A DNA stretch of 63,296 nucleotides, the filler included, from Choristocarpus tenellus KU-1152 (taxonomy: Eukaryota; Protista; Phaeophyceae), in the NCBI GenBank assembly GCA_964200185.2. It is 10 parts of 10 records of this genome, joined end to end, with 100 filler letters (N's around TTAATTAATTAA, not from the genome) between each part and the next. Parts side by side here need not be neighbours in the genome. Positions count along the whole stretch, not along the records: positions 38,183 to 47,476 come from CAXNAD020003809.1; positions 47,577 to 50,549 come from CAXNAD020023243.1; positions 50,650 to 55,502 come from CAXNAD020012790.1; 7 more parts are not named here. One strand, 5' to 3'. Positions 38,183-52,110 of this stretch are shown here, in pieces. The stretch's first letter is position 1. Each line of letters opens with the position of its first letter. Under the pieces are notes generated by a model. That model was not told the DNA's origin and ran no database searches. It saw only the letters and a list, made by a program, of their open reading frames with translations. The translations under genes were made by a program, and so were the position numbers.

Positions 38183-40434
38183 CCTCCAATACCCCCAAGG
38201 GCACTGACCATGGATTCAGGGTAGTGTCCAAGCACCAGCGGGTCACCGGCCCACCCGTACCAGAACTCCACATATTTCTTTGCAGCCTCACAGTCTGCCT
38301 CGGATCCAGGGTCATATGGCTCGCCCCAGTCGCTGTTGATCGCCATACCAATTTCTCCTTCATTTTTCGCCCTTAACATTGTTACCCCCACTTGGGAATC
38401 AGTCTTGACCTCATTTGCACGAGGATCAACTGCAGCCCTAGGACCATCAGTAGTAGAACAAGACATTGACCCTACTTGAGACGTAGATATCGCTCTAGCC
38501 TTTACTTCACATTTTTCTGATAACAACGAAAGGCCTGTGCTGCCCACAAGTGTGCAAGAAGCATGTTGTGCACCACCAGGTAGGGTTCTGTGGCCCTGTT
38601 GCCTGGCTGGAGAGGTTGAGGGGGGGTAGTGAGATTTTCAGGGGCGGGAGGGGAAGAAGTATGTGCAGTCAGCACATGCATTTACCAGAACGAAGTCTCA
38701 CGCTTATATCCTGCAGCAAGGCCAACGAGTAGGTTATACTGCAACGCACACAAAGTGATCGAAATAGATGTGGTGCTGCATGGTGTTCCTTTTTCATACG
38801 CCTGCCCACGTTGGCAATAAAACCCCACAAAAGTGCATCCATTCTAAATATCGTTTCATTGCAAAAGTGCAGCAATGGTCTTTTATTGGAGATATTATAT
38901 CATTTTAAACACATAGCAATACAGGTGCCTACCACAAACTCGTGAAGCTCAGTCTGACATTTCATATTAGCATGCTCACCACTTCAAAACTATATCCCAC
39001 CAGCACACATATACATGGAGTACAATGAAATACTGTATTAAAAAGGAAAGATCTCCCCTACCAGTAAACGTTGTGGCACATCAGACATGGGCATGGGAAA
39101 GTCCTTCTGTAAACACAGACCTGTCCCGGGCCTCCTCTCCCAGGTGCGTGCACGCCCAGCCCATAGCCACTCCATGCAAAACCTGCTTGAAATACAGTTT
39201 TCCAACACAAACAAAAAAGAGAGGACCGATCGAATGAGTGCCATACAACCACTTGCCTGGCACACGACCAGTTCCAACAGCACACGATCTACCGAAGCCT
39301 CTGGATTCCTCACCATCTTCTCTCTGCTTGGTCTTCTTTGCTACTTTGGGTGGAGAGTTGAGAAGAGTTGGTAGGAGGGCAATATCCAACAATACGACAG
39401 TGCCTCTCTTATTCGACATTGCTGGGCTCACTTCCGATTCAGATTTGAATAGATCAATGTGTTTTTGTAATGTTTTGACAGAAAGCGATACCTGGGGTTC
39501 ATTGAAGGTTACCCACTTGGACACTTGCCCCCCGAACTCCTGAAAACAGAACTGTGCGTAGTCCCTGAACCAATCAACAATGCGAGCGTTGAGGAATCCA
39601 CCTGCACGGTGGACAGAGAGGCAGATGACAGCCTTCATAATCAATGGAATGCACTCAGCAACGGTAGATCCTGGTTGCATGCGAAAGTATGACATAGACA
39701 CCAACAATTCAAGTAATGGCGAACTGTAATGGAAGTGTGATCGGACAACCACAAGGTGAAACTTAAAAGTATTCCTGGCGAGGAGATCAGCTCGGAGACA
39801 GATTGCATATTACACCTCTCTCTTCCAAAGCCTGGGGAAGATCCCAGTGGAACAGTGTCACCCAGGGGCAAATGCCAGCACTTCTCAGCGCCGCAAAGAC
39901 TTCGTGGTAAAATGCTACACCATCAGGATTAGGACTTTCGGTGGTACCCTGGGGAAGGACCCTCGACCAGGAGATCGACATACGGAAGTGTTTGACACCC
40001 AGATTCCGTATAAGTTCCACATCCTCACGAAACCTAGTACAAGGCGTTAACATCAAGGTGTGATACAAACGCGAAGATATGAGATCCAGTGCATCGTTTG
40101 GGTTAGTGGATAGGTCAGAGCCACGGAGATAGAGAAGGATATGCAGTGAACCCTAGCATCTTGGTGAGTTCTCATTTCTCGCATGCATTATTGGTGTAAG
40201 TTGTACTTGCGTTTTACATGTTGGTTTGAAACACAAAGGTGAAAGGGAGGTCAACACTTACATCCCATCCATTGTGTACCTGTGATAAAAATCGACGGCC
40301 TCTTCACCAGAGTCGGCATTCTTGACTCGGACTTTATCATCACAGAAGACGTCCCAGATGGACAGCCCTCATCCTCCCTCTCTGGCTCCCCCTTCTATTT
40401 GATACGCGGAAGTGGCCACGCCCCATCCAAACAT
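38183..40434 (-). pseudogene. Glycoside hydrolase family 1 (beta-glucosidase), disrupted; 3' part cut off by the contig end
   Basis: Exons 40434-40280, 40033-39816, 39601-39492, 39182-39121 and 38606-38183 carry FGWGVATSAYQIEG, HFRMSISWSRVLP, TLFHWDLPQAL, TFNEP (acid/base), [31 protein letters not shown] and DPLVLGHYP. In-frame TGA at 40371-40369 (EGG*GLSIWD). Exon 4 is 62 nt, one base short of frame. Another frame break or weak intron near 38520. Confidence 0.85.
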
Positions 40435-40705
40435 TGTTCCGATTTTCCAATTCCAACATGTATATCAACCCACACACTACTACTACTACTACAATTACTA
40501 CTACTATTTTTTTTGTCTGTTGAAGTCAAGTGAGTACACATTCGACAAATAAAACATTTTTTTGTTTTCATTTACTTCCCTCAACGAACACTTCGCTTCG
40601 CTACATCCCTCTTCATAACCAAAGCGGTCATGATCCACAACGATTAGTTCACCATTTCAAACCAACAGGCTGGTACAGTAGTAGTTCGCTTCCGTCAGAG
40701 GTGCG

Positions 40706-43700
40706 ATGGATGCATCTGGGAGCGCTCGATCCCTGAGTCCTGACCAGCAGGCTATGTACTGGCTCATCACGAGACATCGAATCGATGCACTTCTCGCACA
40801 CCCTGGTGCCTCGACCCATTTGCACTCCCTACCTTCCGGCAGCATTCCTCATATTAGCGTGTTTATGGATCACTGTAAACAGCAACACGCTCTTTGCTGC
40901 AGCCGAGGTACGGCCGTCACTATTCCTCTCATTTGAGCCACAACCCCTTGGCATCATCAGTCACATGACCTGCCACAGGATGAATGCTGTGCGACTTCCC
41001 ATTTGTAGGCTGAAGAGGGCGCGCAACTTCTTAGGATAGTATTAAAACGGGTAACAGTGTGGAGAAGGAAGAGTGCAATGTATTTGAGGTAAAGAAACGA
41101 GAGGTCTTGAAAGCCTAGAGGGCCAGTGGTTTAGTGTCTTTTTCTTGAGCAAATAGGTCACCGTTCATTGTTCCTTTCCCCTGCAAACACGCTGGACTCA
41201 GATGCTCGGGCAAGAGGCGAGTGGACAAACCTGAGAGCTCCTGGGATGATCGGAACACCCTGTGGTGAGGTGCTCTTTGCCTCTAGATTTTTAGTACAAA
41301 CTAAATGTGTCTATACCTCTATGTCCTCTGATCCTTCCCAGAAGAAGGGAGAGTAATCACAAATAAAAATTTGGGGGGATCAAGGTCAGATCACGCCTGG
41401 TTGGGCAGAATTGACTAACTACAAAAAAAAATCTGCGTCGCTGAAATGCTGGTGAAGGTTAGCCTTTCCGTCTTGGGTATCAATGGATACATACCCACTG
41501 AAATATGCCTCTCAGACCTTTCCTCAATCTTGAAGTGAGCGTTAATAGTGGCGAGTGTGCACTGCTTCACTACACCATCACTGCTTGACATGCCATCTTA
41601 ACGCCTCTCAACCCCCTCTACTAGCGACGGTCAAGGCGATCTCGTATGTGCTTAAGGTGGTAGCACCGTTCATGTGTGAAGACGACAAGGGAGCCATCCT
41701 CAAGCGTAAGTAATGGAACAAGCACTAACAATATTTCTTGCTCAGTTGGGTAGGGCGGAGTACTATTACAACACATTTCCACACTTCTTGTGCCCATACA
41801 TTCGTCCCTCTTCTCTTGTTGAGTGGCACCTACCTTGCATCATTGATATTGCACATTGATTATCAATAATACGCTTTGCCAGGACTATTTTTTCTCGTTG
41901 TGAGTAACTGTAGTCTCACAACAATCAACAGAAAAAATTGTACTCCCTGCAGGTTTCCCCTTCACCTTTAGTGTATTTGTGAGAGTGGAGACTAAAAATG
42001 TGCATGACGGACGTCTGCTGGGTATTTTTTCAATTGTGGTCTTGGGTGGTGCTGTATCATTCATACATAGCGGTAAACAGAGATATGCACATATATACAT
42101 TGTTGCTTCTTCATAGTACATCCTACAAGACAAGTTGTCACTCGCTTCATATCTTGAGTGATGTTAAAGTGTTAACTCGTATGTACATATTTTGTACTTC
42201 GAGTATATATTATGTGCACTCCCTGTAGAGGTGCGTGCTTCTGTAGAAAGAGCCTTTGCTAAATGGTGGTGTCACTTTTTGTGTGGAAAGGGGGAATATA
42301 TATTTTGCGTCACTAACATGCGCATAAAGCAACGAAGTAGGGTGTTTTGCAGAGGGCAGCAAAGATGACTTATATACAAAAGGAACCAAACTTGCCTACC
42401 TCTAATTTACTTTGGCTATCTAGTCATGCCATGACTTTTGTAAAGACAGTAGTTGTGGTATTAGTGGTTGCAAAAATAAAAAAAGAAGGAGACAGAGGAC
42501 GTAAGGGGCATGATACTGGAAATATTGTTAACATCAATGGTATAGCTTATGTGGCACATCGAGCGAATTTTATATTTTATTTGTCATTGTTCTTACATTA
42601 GTCTTGGGGTATCAGACCCGTGGACGGAGGCCCTACAAGTGGACTACCACTACCAGCACTAGCTCTATACATGCCTTGCGTCTCGCCCACTAGGCTCAGC
42701 CCTTGCATCACCCATCAACTCCGCCTCCTCCTTCAAAGTTTTGGTGCCTTTGTATGTGGTGGCACCATCCATGATGTAGTTTCGCCACGTGCTTTTCAGT
42801 ACTCCCCAAGTGTCGGCTGAACTCTGTACTAATGATGTACAGTTGAGTATTGTAGTTCTTGGCAATAGGATGCATTCACCCAGCAAGTTTCCAAAACGCT
42901 ATTGACGTATTATTATTAGCTACTATTCAATGCTACCATCATCTACAGTGCCTTTTTGCGGAATCAACATAATACTCCATACCCTGAAAGTCATCATCAC
43001 AGGCAGTTGGTCAGACACTGCGTGATAATCTTAAAGCAGGGAGGATAACACTGCATATAACAATGAGCAGGCACTGAGGTAGACAGGGTTGCATTTTAAG
43101 GATCCCGAGAAAGAGAAAAAAAACACAATTTTGAACAGTTACAGAAATGTTAAATCTTAGTTATGGTGTTAATTTGTGTGTGGAAAAGGGTAGTACCGAT
43201 TTCGTGTACATTGTTGTCCACATGAAGCAATGAAATAGAGTGTATTGCTCAGGGTAAGGAAGATTGCTTACGATGCAAAATGGCCCAAACCTGCCTACCT
43301 CTCAATTGGTTTGGTCCACTCCGAATGTCAGCAGCACCAAAACCTTCTTCCTGGGGATACCTTGAAGTCCAACCTATGACAACCATCTTTTCTACAACTT
43401 CAGAAATCTTTTATAAGAAGCCCCCACATGTATCACATTCCTGTCCCGTAATTGCTTCTTTCTGTGATTTCTGTTCATTTAGAGATGGTCAGCATGACTC
43501 TTGATCTGGGATGTGATACAAATGTGGCGCAGTCCATGCTGGAGGCATTGGTGACACTTGCTGACCGCAACCCTGCAAAGGTTAGTTCGCACTTCCCCTG
43601 CGAACAACAACAAACTTCCACTCCAACTCACATGCCATACACAAACAACAAGTAACATTGCTCTCTTTATTTGTTTGTCATCTACTGTGCAAAGTATTTA

Positions 43701-44803
43701 TTAATGAATGGTAGTATTGAGATAGTACCATTCCTATGACTTACACCAGAACGCCACCAGAAAACATATATTCTATTGAGGGCTGATAATTTGGGACGAC
43801 AATACGGTGTGTCGCCAACAGTGCAAAAGAACGTTGATGGGACTTTTCGGATGTTATAATAAATATATAATATACAAGATTTGCAATTAACTTCGTTCGG
43901 ACTTCGGAATTTCTTGTCTTCTTGACGACCCCCCATTTTTGAGTTGGATGATAAAACATATCCTAAAACGTGTGTACATCGTAACTTGTTGGATACTCTG
44001 TTTTCTCAACTTATGTAGTGCTGTCACCGCACAATGCACCTGGCCATTTAATAGGGAGCACGTTTGAATGAAGACTGTCTTCTGCTCATGAAGGTTGTGT
44101 TTATTCTGCACTACTCGGAGGAGCACTACAAGAAGTAGTACTGAGTGAGCCCCGGAAAAGGATTACCGCATAGGAACTAGAGGTAGGTGTACATCACCAC
44201 CCAGTAAACTAGTAATCTAGTTGGAATATTGCAATGGTCTCGATGCTCAAGGATACAGCCGGGAGATTGGTGCTTGAAGAGACTAGTTTTATCCTCACTG
44301 GGTCATTGACTTTGATTATCCCTGTCCAGAGAGGATTAAAATAGACTGGCATGTGATTACAGCCTAGGAGTGAATCAAATGCAAAATAAAGGCATGTGCG
44401 TCCACTACACGCAAATGATATGATTCAGTAAGTTCCTAGTGGCTCCTCGTGTCAAACAACCATATAAAACCGTTACCTGTAAGAGGTGTTGTGGCCTCCG
44501 ATCTGAATCGATGTACTTCGAAGTTAATATTTCTAAAACAGTGCAGGAATAATTTGGGAATTAAACGGGTTGGTATTGAACTTCCTATACTCTCATACCA
44601 GGTAACCATGATCTGTACAATGGGCAAGAATAAGGACGAACCTCTTGCATCGTGGCACTCTTGCCTTGAACATCGAACACTCCATCCTGATTTCTCCTCT
44701 GAATTCTCAACCTTGGTTCCAGGTCCTCCGTCTGTATGCTTCACGTCTTTGCTTTTATTGTGATGCGCAAAACGATCGAGATATGCGTGACCAAGTTGCA
44801 GAG
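40706..44803 (+). CDS. Hypothetical multi-exon gene (partial), divergent from the GH1 gene
   Basis: Best exons 43483-43580 and 44723-44803 (GT-AG, phase 0) give EMVSMTLDLGCDTNVAQSMLEALVTLADRNPAK|VLRLYASRLCFYCDAQNDRDMRDQVAE. Candidate first exon ends at 40907 (GAG|gtacgg). No family recognised. Confidence 0.4.
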
Positions 44804-45100
44804 GTGAGAGTGGGAAGAGGAAGTGGGACACCCTGGTCGTCGTATGGTAGATATATGTTTCCATTTTCTACTGCGTATTTTTTTATAAAATCAAGTTTGA
44901 CATTGCTTGCTCCGCCTATCAAGCAAGATGTGCTGCCATCACTAGATTAAAGGATGCTGAGATATTAATACATGGCCTATGTCTGCGATGTTAAGGGTGT
45001 ATCTTCTCAAGGTGACCTCTGATGAAAAAACTCTTTTTACGTTGGATTCCTTGATATGTTTTACTTGAAATATTTTGTCGCTTTCCTCATGCCCATCAAT

Positions 45101-45790
45101 TCACCAATCCACCACCGCATCGAAGACCCCTCTGTCGAGTCTGACCGGTTTGGGGCGACGTCCCTCATGCTGCCTTTTCTTAGTTCCGGTGTGCTGTACC
45201 TCAAACTCGTTACCCCCTAACGCCTTCAAAACTTGATTTGTACCACTTAAAGAGGCAGACAACCCCTCAAAAGTAGCTGCATTGTACGCGCCGTACATGC
45301 TCTTTGACTTCTTCACAAGGTCATCAAATGTACCGCAGCGCTTCCTCCAAACTCTACTTTTTAGGGATGCAAAGAACCCCAAATCGTTGATATTTAGACC
45401 AGGTGACTGCACAGGTTGTGTTACAAGCTTGACGTGCCACTCCACCTCCTTCCCACCTTCGCTGGGCTTCTGCGGCGTGTCTTTCCACTATGGCGAGTCC
45501 CTCTTTCCAGCAGCGTGACCATCCCCTTACGCTCCAACTTCATCATTTTTTCCTTCAATGCAAGGAGAAAAGTCTCCACGGTACCAATCGCCATCGATGG
45601 TCACATTGAAGCCATACTGCAGCCCCCTCTGGCGACACACCAAATTTCTCTGCGCCTGCTTGATGACACAAACACACTAGATTCCGATCTTGCCGTCGAA
45701 ATTGCGGGAAGGACCTGGGTGCAAAACAGCGCAGATGTTGAAATATTCCACACTGGACCCGTGGCTTCGTGCTTTGATGAAATACAATGA
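45101..45790 (-). mobile_element. Degenerate Tc1/mariner transposase (DD39D plant/oomycete-mariner-like)
   Basis: NFDGKIGI*...QAQRNLVCRQRG and VKLVTQPVQSPGLNINDLGFFASLKS...LGGNEFEVQH match FDGKIGIW / QPPNSPDLN.LDLGFF / GGN.Y..PH; internal stops. Confidence 0.85.
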
Positions 45791-47450
45791 ATAGCTTAAT
45801 GTAGATACGCAATATTAGTGTTACGAGAAGGGCTTGTGGTCTCGATTCCGCTGACTGAATACGTGGGTGAGACTAGCCTAAACTATCATTATTATTTCTA
45901 TAGTGTGGGGTTTGTAATCGTCCACACTATCTTACTACCAATCGCTTATTTACTTGCCTTAAGTATAGAAAGTGTATCTTGAACTTGACAAAAATAAATG
46001 GACACTATGAGTCAGTACACACAATATATCTGTCACTGGCTCTCCATCCTATTATATAGTCCACCGATGGTGTCTATGTGTATCAGCAGCACTATCTACG
46101 AACAGATGAGCATCACCTTAGGGATGTGGCTGTTGTGCTGAAAACCTTGATGGAGCCCACCCTTTTCCCCCCAGGGAACCTGTAGAGGCTCTCCCTGTCA
46201 CGGATGAGGTAGAATCATACCTCGTCGATATGAATCGTGTTGAGTGGTCGCTTCTGCAATTGATGCGGCTCCTTGCTGCTTGGCTATGGGACTCGCGTCG
46301 CAGATGGTCCGGAGGCTAAGAGAGAGTCATACGGCTTTTGTCGAGGTGCTGAGATGTTGTCTGACGATGGGAGAGCGTTGTACTCGCCAGCTAGTAGCAT
46401 AGTCACTCAAAATAATGTTGAAAAGGCTTATTTTTTCGGTTCCACTTCTCGGAACAGATTCAGAACTACTTCGGAATAAAATACGAAAACAAAAATCCCC
46501 TCCGAACAATTTTAGGCAGCAGAGCTTCATGTACATCACTCACTGGAAAAGTCTTCGTATTTGTGAAGAAAAGACCAAAACGAAAGGTGAGAATTAATAC
46601 ATAACGTCGCAGACTTATGTGACAGAGGAGTGCATACTCCAAGTACATACACAAAACAAATACACCCCACTACTAGTCAGACCGCCCTACTTCTATGTTG
46701 AAGTATACTTTAAATACTGCTATTCAATATTATGACTACCTAGAATTATTATGCATTTTGAAGCGTACTCAAGCAAATAGTACACACAACTGACCAGTTC
46801 CTTTGGAACGGCTTCTAACGTTTCTTCTTTTCTTCTAGGCTACAATGCCACAACTTGTATTGGAAAATATGTCATCAACTCAACTGGAGTAGACCATTGG
46901 ACTCATTTCACCTTCTTCCCCCCATCCCTACTACAATATCATACATCGTATTGAAGGTGACTGGCATGATGCGAGCATTGGAACATTTTACACGTGTCCT
47001 CTTCCAGCCAGGCGACGACGACCTGTGTGTCCAGTTCTTGTATGCAGACCTGTCCTCACCAAATGGGCTCAGTAGGAGTGGAGGAGGGGACTACCCTGCA
47101 TTTGGGAGGTGTATATCAGAGGAAGAACTTAATCGACTCCTGTGCGGTGAGAGAGCTGAACTCTGCTTACCGAATATTATAACGTTTTGTTCGACTTTAC
47201 GAGAGGATCAAGAACATACACATTCAGAGAAGAAGTATCAGTATAGAGCTTTCTCTATGGTCTTTCTATCGGTAATATGAAGGAACATGGAAAACGTGCC
47301 GCAGTCTATTTGTTGCACACTAATACACCATATAATATCTAAAAATGTTATCATTTTGTCCACTATTGCACTCCTGAATCAACCACATTTTTACGTGTTC
47401 TAGAGTTGGGTTCCTTTGGAAGTCGAACAATAACGGAAGGTCAGAAATAA

Positions 47451-47476
47451 GACCCAAAGTATCTGGGGGGGGGGGG
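47451..47476 (+). mobile_element. Sister TIR terminus at a contig end
   Basis: gacccaaagtatctggggggggggggg then the gap. Confidence 0.7.
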
Positions 47477-50400
47477 NNNNNNNNNNNNNNNNNNNNNNNN
47501 NNNNNNNNNNNNNNNNNNNNTTAATTAATTAANNNNNNNNNNNNNNNNNNNNNNNNNNNNNNNNNNNNNNNNNNNNGGCGCCTGTAACATAACCTGAGGG
47601 ACACCCTCTTCAATGAAGTCCAGCTCTCTCCTAAGAGACCCAAGAAGGGTCGATATCTCTAATCAAGAGCACAGCAGCCTAAATAAGCGCAAATGCTCTG
47701 GCTTTGGTAACAACATCAAAAAGCGTCGCGCTGATAAGTTTTTTCCTTGCCTCCTGTGAGTGCATGACGCGTATTGTTCTTCTCTGCACGCTGGCCATCT
47801 ATTTGTGTATGTGACACAACTTCGTGCCTGCAATAAAACTATATCCGTGTATGTAGAATTAACTGTCATCTCTGTGCTATTTTATCACCATGACCTTCAT
47901 CGACTGCTTCCCTCAATTCTCTCTTGACCTCATCCGAATTCCCCCAGCTGGCTATTGTAAATCATTCCTCCAAGCATTGAGTTTCACAAGGTTCTGGTGC
48001 ATGGATCGCACCTGCGAGCTCCAACGTGGACATCTATTGTTTTTTCAACCAAACAAGACCAAGAATGTTAAAACATAGGCTACTCATTTGATTTGTTTTA
48101 ATACGACACAGTATATCGTCAGTCCGTACTGAATGTTGATTTGTCCACTGTAATGATCGCTATTTTCACTTTCCTCGTTAGCTCCTCATCATCATAACAT
48201 CATCAATCACCTTCAGAACACCATAGTATATAGGAAGCATGAGAACAGTCGCTTCTTATCACACATACAGGCATACTATGTGTTACATCAGTTCCCTCAA
48301 ATATTGATTCAAGTTTGTCTTCTTATTTCTTCTTTTTTCCCTTCTTCACACAAGAAGTTGTCAATTGCATATCATGTGTTGATCTTTATTTTTCTTGACT
48401 GGCATTACCCCCCTCATAATTCACCCTGCTCACTCTGCACTACATGTACCCTGATACACACCAGGATGGAATGCAATCAGGGTTAAAAACATCCTCAGAA
48501 ACCCTTCTCAGTCACAAGCCTCTCCACAGAGTATGCATTTCTTATTTGAGCTCCTCTATGAATACCCACACTTTCGCATCAACCATAATCTCTGGTTGAG
48601 CAAAACATGTCGTCAGATCTGCCAGAACAAGATTATCGGTGCCTTGTTAATATTGCACTTTGACACCCTTCGCCAAAGCTAGCCACAGCACAACCAAGCA
48701 CGACACATACGAACCCAGGTTTCAACAAAGGTCTGTTTTTAAAAGCTTCTAATACCACGAGCATTTAGCCACAAACAGATATGTCTGCTTTGTTGCGCTC
48801 AAAATCGAGATTTTTCTATGTAGAGGAAATACAACTGCATGCCTCATACTGTACAGGGATGAGGAGGGTCCTTTGTCCTTGGTTTCAGAGATATAATCAA
48901 TGGCATGTTGAGTCCAGAATTGGAAACGGCGCGTCACACAGCAGGTTACATACCTCTTCGTAATTATTCGGATGTACCATATTGTTTTTTGGACATTGCA
49001 GAGAATTCTTCACCCTTCGGACCAAAGGATAAGACATTGCTGAGATCTAATATCTGAAATTGCCACAAGGTTATGATCAAAGTTTACTTCTCCCCAAGAT
49101 ATTGTAAATTGACTGTTGAATATGCGTTGACACCAACTGCTAGAATGCACTACTTTATTGCGGGTTGCAAGTCGTAGCAAGGGGGACAGAGGAGATTGAG
49201 GGGTGGGTCTAAACACTTCGAACTCATTTCCATTTCATACTACGTATCGATTTCCTGTAGGAGTGAGGGCGTTGCAATATGGAGGAAAGGGGGGACTTAT
49301 TCAAACCAGACTTTTGCGTGGAACTGGTGTAGGGGGGAAAAAGAGAGTAATATATTCTTCCGATGATAAGGAAACAGAGGTGTAGGATCGCATGATTTTC
49401 ATAGTAATTGTAACATGTGTGAGCTGAAGTGAATAGATTCTCACATTATGCAGGTTCTCATTGGTTATAGTGTGTTAACAATAGGAGTTATACAATAATT
49501 TCGAATTCATAACCAACACCGCAAAATACGTAACAAATAACTTCGACTTGATCAGTTCAATTTCAGTTCATCGACGCACTATAAATTCTCTTCATACCTC
49601 ATGGAATCAGAGAGTGCGTATTCTTAGAGGGTGGCCAGGGAGGCAGAAAATGAATACGACAAAGATGTATTCTTGACAAATATTTAACCTGACTCCTCTT
49701 CATGCCTCCTTAACTCACACAGCATGCACTGTAAGAGATGTGAGGGGTGAGGATAATAAATTCTGTACGGTCTATTTGCTTTATAAATGAGTAAGAATTC
49801 CATGCAAAATACAATCGCATCAATAGATGGAAGTTGTGAGGCGTGTGCAGAATAAGATGTTTTAGGTTTGAGAGTTCCAACAACCCTTCATTGCCTGTAC
49901 TCTCATGGGGGAGTGTGCAAAATAGGACAATAGTGAGGTGTACCTTATTTTGCGTATGAGAGATGTAACTAATGAGATAGTACATCCAGATTATGAATGA
50001 GATTACGTATTGATTATTATTCTGCATTCAACTACTTTGACGTAACCGTTGACTAAGGTAGGATGCACAAATAATAATAAAACAAGCAATGAGAAGATAC
50101 CCCACAAAGGTCACTCTTCTAATTCCACCCATTATATTCACGTTCAGCAAAGGGGGTCGTGTGAGGCTTCACACCTTCTTGTCTTAACTAATGATAAATA
50201 GCATTACCTCCTAAAGTAAACCAAGGTAAATTGCACAAGGTGCGACCTATGCGATAAGAGAACAGGTGTCCTCTCTGGTCAAGGAATAGAAGGGTCAATG
50301 CGTATCGAGAGCTACCACACTCTCGGTAGTTACCGGGTTCATTTGTTGCTTCTGTGAAGCGCTGCACAAATCCAAACCGATATGTAGGTTATGTAGAGGG

Positions 50401-50504
50401 TATGCGCCACCCGTCTGTGTCACTGGATGTAAGATCTTGTGATTTTGAATACAGCTTAGTGGCTATGATCTACTTTGTGCCACAACACTAAATATGCCAG
50501 GAAA

Positions 50505-50549
50505 GACTCAAAGTATCTGGGGGGGGGGGGGGGGATCTATACCAGGGCA
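50505..50549 (+). mobile_element. Sister TIR terminus at a contig end
   Basis: gactcaaagtatct plus G-run, then the gap. Confidence 0.7.
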
Positions 50550-50784
50550 NNNNNNNNNNNNNNNNNNNNNNNNNNNNNNNNNNNNNNNNNNNNTTAATTA
50601 ATTAANNNNNNNNNNNNNNNNNNNNNNNNNNNNNNNNNNNNNNNNNNNNCATACGAAAACCCTCACCGGCTCCCCCCAGGGGGGTTCGTCTGTCCTTGTA
50701 CCTTTGGCTTGGTTGACATCGCTTCCGAATCGTAGCGGTGCCCTCCACAACAAGCGCCGAATTTTTTTCAACAATAATATATCT

Positions 50785-50916
50785 CATTCAAAAAGGGGCC
50801 CCAAAAGGTTTTATGACATTTACAAAAAAAAACATATGGGCACTTTCCGCGCACCATTTCGGTCAAACCCATCCTCCATGAAATGATCCATCCGCCATTA
50901 TCATGATCCGCTGTTA
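50785..50916 (+). repeat. ~130-bp direct repeat; second copy at 52746-52877
   Basis: cattcaaaaaggggcc...gcactttccgcgcaccatttcggtcaaacccatcctccatgaaatgatccatccgccattatcatgatccgctgtta nearly identical in both. Confidence 0.92.
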
Positions 50917-51189
50917 TATGCTTCTTTTTTTTAAATCCAACTTCTACATCAAAAGCGATGACGGGACAACCTATTGGTACCACTATACAACTAGAATAGT
51001 CGAAAGTAGGTACAAGTATCAACAAGCGCAAACAGGTCAAACTGGTGAGGGCGCCCGCCCTGAAGGAGTTTGCTATAATTGGAACATGGATGAACGTACA
51101 ATATTCTACGAACACTTAAGAATGTTCGATGTGTAGAGAGGGCAAGATCGAGTAAATCACACAGTTTCCGAGACAAATCGAGAAGCACC

Positions 51190-51545
51190 CATTACAGAAC
51201 GATGGGGGCGGCACTTTGAGGCGCTCCTGGATGACAAGTTGGCGGATCTCAACCGCAACAGTTCCGAATCCGTCTACCAGCGATCATTTCAACGACATTC
51301 GCTGATACACCGATGTCACTGAAAATGACAGGCGTAATACATCAACGGCAAAGTGCAAGGAGATGGAACCAGGTAATCTCCCCGTGGAAACCCTGAAACA
51401 TGGCCTCCACGAGGACGAGACTATTGTGCTAAAGAAGCGCCTGACAAATTGTGCCAAATACACGGACATCTTGTTGGAGGTACATGTTGGCAAAGTGCTT
51501 CTCAAAGCCGTTTCACAACGACTGGGGGTCTATTTACAATGGAAC
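51190..51545 (+). mobile_element. RTE-like LINE fragment (pre-RT region and start of RT), internally deleted
   Basis: ITERWGRHFEALL and EPGNLPVETLKHGLHEDETIVLKKRLTNCAKYTDILLEVHVGKVLLKAVSQRL match RW..HF..LL / GPD.LP.ELLK / C.NYRGISL..H.GK.L.K....RL. Confidence 0.75.
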
Positions 51546-51599
51546 ATGACCCCATCGTCAACACTTAAAATTAAATGACCCTGCCCATCAACGTGCATT

Positions 51600-52110
51600 T
51601 CAACTTTTGGTTGTACTGCTGGTCCTCTCCACATCCCTTTCCCTTACTATCCCATATGCAACCTTTGAAGCTTCTGTGCCCCAAACAAGAACCCCATCTA
51701 ATCTACATCAAGACCTTGTTGCCCTGTACAGGATAATTCTGACCCCAAGACCATCAGACGGTCTCTAGATGCCCTCCCCATCTGTACCACAATTGGTCCT
51801 AGTTCGGTGAAAGCAGGTCTGTATTTATTGTCCACTACTGCTACAAAGGGCAAGCCATACCTTCCAATCCTTCTCTGGTCTTCAGTAATCAGTAAGGACA
51901 ACTCCTGAATCACAGTTTGGTAATACTGTTCCGCCATGTCACCTGTCCTCGGGTTGTAGGAATTCACAGGCTTATCCCCAGAATCCATCCGCTTCAAAGC
52001 TTCTACGACTATCGATGATGTACGGTGGGCACCCCTATCTTATAGACTAGGTGAATTGCCCCATACAGGCATATATACCGTTTGAATAACACCTTGGTAC
52101 ATCCTACAGC
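51600..52110 (-). mobile_element. Possible degenerate non-LTR reverse transcriptase fragment
   Basis: ...SIVVEALKRM...LPFVAVVDN... loosely fits the QG.P.SP..F...E.L to A(Y/F)xDD spacing; weak. Confidence 0.35.

Noticed and set aside
40369-40371. In-frame TGA as selenocysteine, readthrough or an alternative genetic code
   Set aside because: The position is normally R/K, it is one transition from CGA, and the gene has an independent frameshift.
28633-40434. LOG plus GH1 beta-glucosidase as a cytokinin activation cluster
   Set aside because: The genes are on different contigs separated by artificial spacers, and the GH1 is disrupted.
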